From Octopus sinensis (taxonomy: Eukaryota), in the NCBI RefSeq assembly GCF_006345805.1, contig NC_042999.1, positions 120,404,001 to 120,468,000 on the forward strand: a stretch of DNA of 64,000 bases, in the 5' to 3' direction. Position 1 is the stretch's first letter, and each line of letters opens with the position of its first letter. The position numbers and the translations under genes were made by a program. Positions 55,771-64,000 of this stretch are shown piece by piece. The notes below the pieces were generated by a model, which was not told the origin of the DNA, did no database searches, and saw only the letters and a program-made list of their open reading frames with translations.

Positions 55771-55985
55771 GGCGGGGAGCTGGTAGAAAGGTTAGCACGC
55801 CGGGCGAAATGCATAGCACTATTTCGTCTCTCTTTACGTTCTGAGTTCAAAATCCGCCGAGGTCAACTTTGCCTTTTATCTTCTCGGGGTCTATAAATTA
55901 AGTACCAGTTTCGTACTCTGATCGATATAATCGACTGGTCCCCTCCCTCAAAATGTCGGGCCTTGTGCCCAGAGTAGAAACAAAT
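55771..55985 (+). mobile_element. tRNA-derived SINE
   Basis: aaggcggggagctggtagaaaggttagcacgccgggcgaaatgc...gagttcaaaatccgccgagg...ggccttgtgccc. Confidence 0.8.
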
Positions 55986-56370
55986 ATTTCTGTTTTACTG
56001 CAAGACACTTTTCTTGTGAATTTGAATCACATTTTGTTTTCTATTGTCTTGTTCTTTTTCAGAAATTCGATTTTTATGTAACCACATTGAGTAAATAATC
56101 GCTGAAAGAAGTACAACGGCATAAATCTTTTTATCTTCCCTCTCTAGTAATATACGTAATTCTACTATTTCTGATTCAAGACTTCCAGGATTTCTCAATT
56201 AAAATTAATTATTTTCACCTCTGTGATACTCTACTTTCGCGGTTCAATTTGAAGCGTCCGTTTTGTCTATACATATTGCACTTTTTGGCTAGGTGATATA
56301 TCTATCTTTCTGTTAGGCGTCTGGATTTTCTCTAAACAATCTCCTGTCTTGAAATTTATTGCATGTTGAC

Positions 56371-56579
56371 TATGAGGGGGTGTTGAAAAGCTCCTGGGTT
56401 TAAGAGTATCGTTAAAGGCCTGGGTCGAGGACCAACCATCCGAAACCTTTCACAGCACTTAACAAACTGAAGTGCTGTGTAAATCTGAGTGAGGAATATA
56501 TTGAATAAAACCATAGTTAACAGTTCCTCCTTTATTTTCCTTTACCAGAAGCTAATAACATTTCAAAACACCCCCGTAT
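56371..56579. mobile_element. About 200-bp mariner-type MITE
   Basis: Ends tatgagggggtgttgaaaag and atttcaaaacacccccgta are imperfect inverted repeats flanked by TA. Confidence 0.55.
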
Positions 56580-56883
56580 TTCTAAATATGCTTCTCTTTA
56601 TTTCAAACCGTGTTGCTCTAGTACCCCTTATTGCCATTATGATGACTGTGACATGGGTTATTTCCGTTAAGGTCGTTATATCAATTTAATTTAATTGCTC
56701 CGTTAATTCATGGTTAGCTTCTTTGATTAGGATTCCTTTTTATGCTACCAGATATTTCGTTGGCGTGTAGTTTTTCTTCAACTTCATTTCAGTTATATTT
56801 CTTTAAAACTTTTCATAATTTTGTCTGTCACATACTCTGAAATACTACAGACGTTTATTTTGGTACAAATCGTTCTTTGCAAT

Positions 56884-57090
<207 letters not shown>

Positions 57091-57364
57091 GATGAAGTTG
57101 AATTTGCATTTGTTTGTAACATATTTATTGCGACTCCTATTTATAGAAGTCACAGAGTACTTTGATTTTTAAATTTTCTTCTCGTGAATATTTGGTTAGT
57201 GTTTTATAATAATTTTGGTTTTGATATACTGTTTTAATATTTCTCTTCTAATATTTCCCTAATTAAATATTTCTCTTCTAATATTTCCCTAATTAAACTT
57301 CTGATGTGCTATGACGACTCCGTCGGATTAGTCGTGGTTGTAAAGAGTGATTTTTCTTCTTCTA

Positions 57365-57441
<77 letters not shown>

Positions 57442-57554
57442 CAACAATAATAATAACAATAATAATAATGACATTACTGTTATCATCCTTGATGGCATGC
57501 GCTGCTCTCTCATTCAATGATAATAACAACAAAAGTTGTAAAACAACTGAAGTC

Positions 57555-57677
57555 AACACATATGGTTGTGATGCATCTGCCTGGTGCACCCTTACCAGAC
57601 GGGTAGTCATGATGGGTATACTGGGCTTCGTATATTTTCCCCAGTGTCACTTTGAATTGCATGCACTGCTCTCTCAC

Positions 57678-57678
<1 letters not shown>
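57555..57678 (+). mobile_element. 3' fragment of the (TAA)n-associated element at 30159-30717
   Basis: Reverse-complement match to about 30160-30285, followed by (TAA)n. Confidence 0.7.
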
Positions 57679-57740
<62 letters not shown>

Positions 57741-57741
<1 letters not shown>

Positions 57742-58263
57742 TCCAGTACATACAGACCGAACTATCAAGGCCAATAAACCAGATATTGTTGTGAAAGACC
57801 AAAACAATAAAGTTTGCTTATTGATCGACATGAGCATCCCCTGTGATCATAATATCTCAGCGAAAGAGTTTGACAAGCTCAGAAAATATAAAGACCTACT
57901 CATTGAAATTGAGAAAATGTGGCATCTCAAGGCGGTTACAATACCAGTGATCGTAGGAGCACTAGGAATGATCAAGAAGGGAACCGAAAATTATATGAGA
58001 ATGATCCCTGGCTTACCATCCCTGCAAAAAGTGCAAAAGATTGTCTTAACTGGTACATCACACGTATTGAGAAGAGCATTGTCGATGTGAGAACTGTTGC
58101 TGCTCATGTATTTTAATTTAACTTTAAAAAAAAAAAAAAAAATGAACGAACTACTGAGTTTGGTTTAATGGCCTACCAATGTATACTATGAGTTTCTTTG
58201 CCCTAGGAGTCGGGAAGACACTCGGCAAGAAATGGAAGCAAATTTGAAAGAAGAAAAAAAAAG
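57741..58263 (+). mobile_element. Young 5'-truncated R4/Dong LINE in (TAA)n
   Basis: KPDIVVKDQNNKVCLLIDMSIPCDHNISAKEFDKLRKYKDL...PVIVGALG...LRRALSM* plus 3' UTR, with (TAA)n on both sides. Confidence 0.9.
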
Positions 58264-58270
58264 TAATAAT

Positions 58271-58330
<60 letters not shown>

Positions 58331-58339
58331 AATAATCAC

Positions 58340-60700
58340 AGTACAACGATCGGTACAAAGATCTGATCTTTGTACTGTGCTTGATACCACTAACACTGAT
58401 TCTGAGGAAAGCAAAAGCTTGGGCTTCATCTTTACCATAAAGTTTGAGGTCATCTACCTTAAATTTTTCTCTCATTTCTTTCTACATCAATTTATCCATT
58501 TCCGGTATCCCCCAGTACTTATAGCCCCTCTCTTCTATTTTCTTCATAACCACTCCCGATGGTATCGCTATCCCGTCCATATATTTGATTTTGCCTCCCT
58601 TCAAGACTAACACACCACACTTTATCAGTCCGAACTCCATTCTAATATCAGAACTGAAAGTATACATCGTATCAACGGGAGAACTGACTTGGGATTCCCA
58701 TTCACCATAAAGTTTGAAGTCCTCCTTAAATAACAAGTGGTTGACTTTTTGTTGGCGGCTCTTGAATACATACCCAGCCATTGCTTTCCTCAGAATCAAG
58801 ATGCATAGTACAAGGATCAGTCGGGACAGGTAGTCTCCTTGGAAGATGACTCTCCTGATTTCTATTGTCCCTAAACTTCTTCCATATGCTGTCAGTTCCA
58901 TCCTCCACTTCGCCATACTTTTTTCAAGCAACCGCTCAACATCCGTTGCAATACTAAATAGATTCATACATTTCATAATCCAAGAACGTGGGATCATATC
59001 GTACGTCTTACGCTAATCGATCTATGGCATGGCTAAGTTACTTTTCTCCTCTTGCAGACTCAAAGTACAGTCTTGTCTACCAGGTGCTGGTCCTTGGTTC
59101 CTCTGCACTTACGCTTGCAGCCCTTCTGCTCATGTAGCAAGATCCCACATTTTCAGATGTCCGTACATTGACTCTACTACTATTCCCGTCAATAAATTCT
59201 ACATAAGAGGCATGTAAGATATCGACCTGTAGTTGGTAACAGTCTTGCTTTTTCGATGCTCTTCAAGCACAGCACTCTCCTACCCATTGTCAACTATTCT
59301 GGTTTTACCTAGTCGGCATTTAACAAGGTGTTGAGTTGTGAAGCTATTTTTGCAAGAGATTCACTAAATTGTTTGATCCAAAAGCCTTGAACTCTATCTG
59401 GGCCCGGGGCCTTCAGGTTTCCCATTTTTTGACCGATTTTCTTCACTCCCTTCACTAAAATGACTAGTGTTGCCTGTTTTGGAAGACAACTATTTGTTTC
59501 AATTCTTGCAACCATTCAGCATCTTTATTCTGCTCCATATTGATTTCTCCAAATGTCACTCCCAAATATTTGGCTTTCAATGTTATCTGGTAGCAATTCT
59601 TCATCTGTGCACTCTCCATTTATTTCTCTGTAGAATCTCTTCTAATCTACTCTGGATAGCCTATTCTGCTGGTATCTCCTCATTATTTGGTCGTAGCTTA
59701 TCATTTTTGCTTTCATTGCAACGAGGCGCTGTTTCAGTCCTTCCATTACCACTTTCAGGCCCTTTCGTTCAATATCATGCTTCCTGTTTAGTGACCTCTA
59801 TTTTTGTTCGCTTTTAAGCTCCACCTTCTCTTTTCAGTCTAACACAGAAATGTCATTCGGGAGCATGTACTCATCTTTTCCACCATAGATATATTCTACT
59901 ATTATATTTCTTTTTCTTGATATCAACACCAATATTTTCTGCTACAACAATTATTGCTGCCTTGATCAAATTATTTGTTTACGTGATGTTTCTTGTCTTG
60001 ACGTATTTCAGAATTACATTCACATTTTTCGTTTCTTGGTTCAATTTACACCGATCAACCTTTTTAAATTTGCAAATAATGTCGCTTTCTCCTGCAGTCT
60101 TGCCTTTGTTCTGTCGTAGATTGCCCTTTGCTCATCTATCATGTCACAATTGATTTTATTGTTTTCTCCCAGACCATCTATATGTCTCACATCGAGCAAG
60201 CTAACACTGTTCCTTTTCTGTGGTTTATTAGAGATTTCACCTCTGATTTCTACTATGAGATTACTTTTATCAATAGGAACTCTATTTTCATCGTTTCGTT
60301 TCCCCTTGTGCTGTCTGTTTTCCAATACCCGTCTTTTTATAGCTTCGAGCTCTACTTCTGTAAACCAACGACTTTTTCTTATTGCTCTAGCTTGATCACA
60401 TAATATCTGTTCCGTGAGGTGAAACAATCCTCTTTCTAGCCATTGATCATACATACGTTGTTGGTATCCCCTAATGTGAACACCATTTCGTTGCTCAGGT
60501 AGTAACAATCCATGAGCACAGCATTGACTTGTTTTTTCATCTACGCTGAGTGTGCTGGTCCATTGATGGATAACGACGGGCTGGAATCGAACCATTATCT
60601 TTGAGCCTGCCGAGTACAACACTGTCACCATCAAGGGCTTCAGTTTCATTACCACATTATTCACAATATTTTGTTTTATTGTCACTTATATGAAGTAGCG
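58340..60700 (-). mobile_element. Decayed R4/Dong LINE 5' portion and RT
   Basis: RGYQQRMYDQW...EQILCDQARAIRK, KAPGPDRVQGFWIK, NYRSISYMPLM, RRVIFQGDYLS, HLLFKEDFKLYG, MEFGLIKC. Confidence 0.85.
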
Positions 60701-61426
60701 ATTATAAGGTTGCGCAGTTACCAGTGTTTTTATTGTGACACCATCAATGATTATCATTGTTACTATTATTCTTGTTGTTATTATTATTAATATTATTATT
60801 ATATATTTATCTTTTGATTTGCATTCGCGCAAGTTGACTCCCAATCTCACTCAGAAGCCTCAAGAGACAAGTTAAAATTTCAAATCTGTATTATGATCAG
60901 GGTGCACTAATTTTGGCTTTACACAGTGTAGTGGCCTAGAGACCAATACAGAAGAAAATTAAAAGTCTGTTTTAAAAGTAATTTGGAGATAAGATGATAG
61001 TGTGATCACTATCCCACCAACTCTCATGTACTTATGTCTATCTCAAATGCAAGACAAGAACTGTATCTAATAACATTTAATAATACTACAAAGTAGTTGG
61101 AGCAAAGCCAGCAGACTTAACTATGCTGGTCGCCAGCGGCAGCTCACAAAATAACAACAACAGACATGAAGAAAATGGCTACATTGTTGCCATAACTACA
61201 GACGATGACCACAGGAACAGAGACAGCAACTGTGGTAGTGTTAATCAACGATCGCTACTGGAGAAGTACTTAAAATAATATTAGAATTAGTAATAACTTT
61301 TTCTTAATTAACCACACAGGGCTCAGTAATAATAATATTAATGTAATTCAATTTTTTTATGAAACAAAAAGGAAATCATAACAGTACATCAAATCGCTTT
61401 CCTATGGTTAATCTGGAAGTGTGTCC

Positions 61427-61560
61427 CTATGGGGAGAGACAGCCTGGGGTTAAAAAGTCGTCTACTGGCACAAACTCTTCTCCGAATGCGAACTTGATAA
61501 TAACTTGAAAGGGAGGGAACTGCTCCAACTCGAACCCTTGGAGATCACTACCAAAACCAC
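61427..61560 (-). CDS. Candidate terminal coding exon of an unidentified host gene
   Basis: Strong acceptor ctttcatttttctttctcag at 61561-61580, then GFGSDLQGFELEQFPPFQVIIKFAFGEEFVPVDDFLTPGCLSP*. No family recognised. Confidence 0.3.
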
Positions 61561-62369
61561 CTGAGAAAGAAAAATGAAAGAGCATCAAATGAATCTGGGA
61601 AGTCTGTAAAGGCGTAATATAAATGCAAAATAAATGCAAAATAAAAAAAAAAATTAATAGGTAACTATGTAACGAAAGAAATTATACAAGTATTAAAAGT
61701 TGATCTTACTGAGTTAAATGAAATTACTTACGCATCTCCTAAGGCAGTTGAAACCAGTTGTATGCTCAGAAAAAGACATAAATACCTAGGTAGAAATCTA
61801 AACTGGAGAAGTATTTATTTTTAACTGTTACATGTGTTTTTTCATTCCATCACCAATGAAAACCCATGTGTTTCTAGGTTGTATACATCAATGTCTTTCT
61901 GAAACGTTATCTTGTGTTAGTATATTACATCTGATTTTTGTTGTTGTTTGTGTTGATATTTTTCTGTTTCTTCTGATATGTAGCAATATGATTTGCATGT
62001 TAATTTGTTGGAGAGTATATTTCAAAATGATATGTGATTGGCGATATGTGTCTCACTGTCTGACAATGATTGTGTAGACTACATAGTGTGTAAATTGTGT
62101 AGCATTAATAAGTTGCAGCGCGTTAGAATGTAGGTTGTACGAACAAGTGACATTGAGAGGTTTACGTATTCATTTCGTAGAAGGATCTCAGTTGTGTTGT
62201 ATATTGTATATGATATGGTTTGTGTTGTGCGAAATAGTATATTGTGTGTTGAGCTATATGTTGTGAGTGACCGTTTTTTCGATATGGGCTCACCACAGCT
62301 GAGCAATTACTTAAAATACATGTAACGTTGTTATCACTTGTATAAACTTTGTAATTATTTATCAAACGT

Positions 62370-62575
62370 AAAAGGCGGCGAGCTTGCCGAATCGTTAGCA
62401 AGCCGAGCAAAATGCTTAGCAGTATTTCATCGATCTTCACGCTCCCCGTTCAAACGCCACTGGCTTTGCTTTTGATCCTTTGGGGTTGATGAAATCAGGA
62501 CCATTTAAACACTGGCACCTATGGAATCGAATAATGCATAACCGCACAAAATTCCAAGCCTTGTACCTATGGTAG
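62370..62575 (+). mobile_element. tRNA-derived SINE
   Basis: aaggcggcgagcttgccgaatcgttagcaagccgagcaaaatgcttagc... and a gccttgtacctatggtag tail. Confidence 0.72.
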
Positions 62576-62891
62576 TAACAATTATTTATCACACGTAGTA
62601 CTCCAGCTATTATTGTTTCTGAAGTCTCTTTTGTGTCTCAGTCTGCTGGTTATAATTTCAAGATCTTTGTACTTCGATATTTTCTCCATTTGCTTTCGAG
62701 TAACATTTTGCTCAGAACAGAACCCGTCGTCTATTTTTTGTTTTGATTTTTATTTTCATCTAAGAAAAGTTAACTTTGTTCTTTTTCCTCTAATAGATAT
62801 AGAAGATTATTGTGACGAGATCATTGTAATGTTTCATATTTGGTATATGTTTAATACTTTCGTGTCTTTTTCCTAACAAATTATTTACATC

Positions 62892-64000
62892 TACGAGGGA
62901 CGTTCAATAAGTAATGCCTCTGACCCATTTGCAGTTGTTTGATCTAGCTGAAATTTTGCATGTGCAATCATTTATATCTCTATAGAGTAAGTGACAAATT
63001 ACAGCTATGAACTAATTTTGTGGTTTCTGATTTACAGGTGTTTGAACTGAGTCAAGTGTGAAATGGAGCCTGTTGAGTGTCGAGCAGTGATCCGGTTTTT
63101 GTATTTGAAAGGACGCACACCACGGGAGACTTTTGATGAAATGAAAGTAATTTATGGTGATGATGCCCCATCATATGACCTTGTAAAACGCTGGCATCGT
63201 GAATTCAAACATGGTCGGAACTCTGTGGAAACAGCTCCCAGATCTGATCGCCCCGCTTCTGCCATTGATGAGGCATCTGTCCGTCAAGTTGAGGCTGCCA
63301 TTTTGGAAGATCGACGCATAATTATTCGCCAAATAGCCCATGATGTCAAGATTAGAACCGGTTCTGTGCAAACTATCATTCATGCCCATTTGCATATGCA
63401 AAAGGTGTCTGCCAGATGGATTCCCAGGTTGCTCACGCCTTTCCAGAAGCAAGAACGCGTCGAGTGCTCGAGGATGAATTTGGAGATGTGCCAAGAAGAT
63501 GAGTCAAGCTTTTTCAAAAGACTGATTACACAGGATGAAATCTGGGTCCATCACGATGATCCATAGACCAAAGCCCAGTCAATGCAGTGGAAGCACCGTG
63601 ACTCACCCCCTCCAAAGAAGGCAAGGGTGCAGCCCTCCGCTGGCAAGGTCATGCTCACAGTCTTCTGGGACCAGGACGGAGTAGTGATGACAGATTTCCT
63701 GGAAAAGGGTACCACAATTACAGGAGCCTATTATGCCTCACTTTTGAGGAAATTAAGAGAAGTTATCAAAATCAAGAGGCGGGGCAAGATCAGCAAAGGC
63801 ATCCTTCTCCTGCAGGACAACGCTCCGGTCCACAACTCGCTTGTCGCCAGATCAGAAGCACAGGCGTATGGCTATGAACTCCTCCCCATCCCCCCTACTT
63901 TCCTGACCTTGCACCCTCTGATTTTCACCTCTTCCCAGTCATGAAGTTGTTTTTGAAAGGAAAGCGTTTTCCAGATGATGCAGCCTTGTTTTCTGAAGTC
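62892..64000 (+). mobile_element. Mariner (DD34D) transposon, same family as 32965-34243, runs off the window end
   Basis: TA + TIR cgagggacgttcaataagtaatgcc. ORF MEPVECRAVIRFLYLKG...ITQDEIWVHH is split by TAG at 63564 and has the same pre-YSPDLAPSD frameshift. Confidence 0.93.

Noticed and set aside
57231-57298. 33-bp tandem duplication (also 23-bp at about 4717-4762 and 10-bp x3 at about 18861-18890)
   Set aside because: Ordinary slippage duplications with no further structure.

Overview
AT-rich, repeat-saturated animal DNA with no bacterial features. It is most likely an octopus or other cephalopod genome, inferred from the tRNA-derived SINE families and the dense (TA)n/(CA)n/(TTA)n/(CAT)n microsatellites. 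No host gene can be called with confidence; there are only two weak exon candidates. The window is a mosaic of transposon remains: a near full-length Penelope-like element (RT + GIY-YIG, 1571-4945), a young CR1 LINE with an intact 587-aa RT ORF, an RTE LINE with an inverted 5' segment, a Tx1/L1 fragment, several R4/Dong LINEs sitting in (TAA)n tracts, at least eight mariner elements or derivatives, many SINEs, and several microsatellite-bounded direct or inverted duplications. The most interesting signal is not in the ORF track: hammerhead-ribozyme motifs at four loci within about 11 kb. They are a well-formed full-length type I hammerhead (14094-14159, minus strand), two homologous hammerheads forming an inverted repeat (6715-7030), a U3-A8 core variant at the 3' end of the Penelope-like element, and a degenerate one near 15.4 kb. 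The Penelope 3' region also carries an outward-facing promoter-like module: 6 CCAAT + CRE units, a TATA box, a Kozak ATG and a splice donor. Most ORF-track entries are microsatellite or antisense noise.
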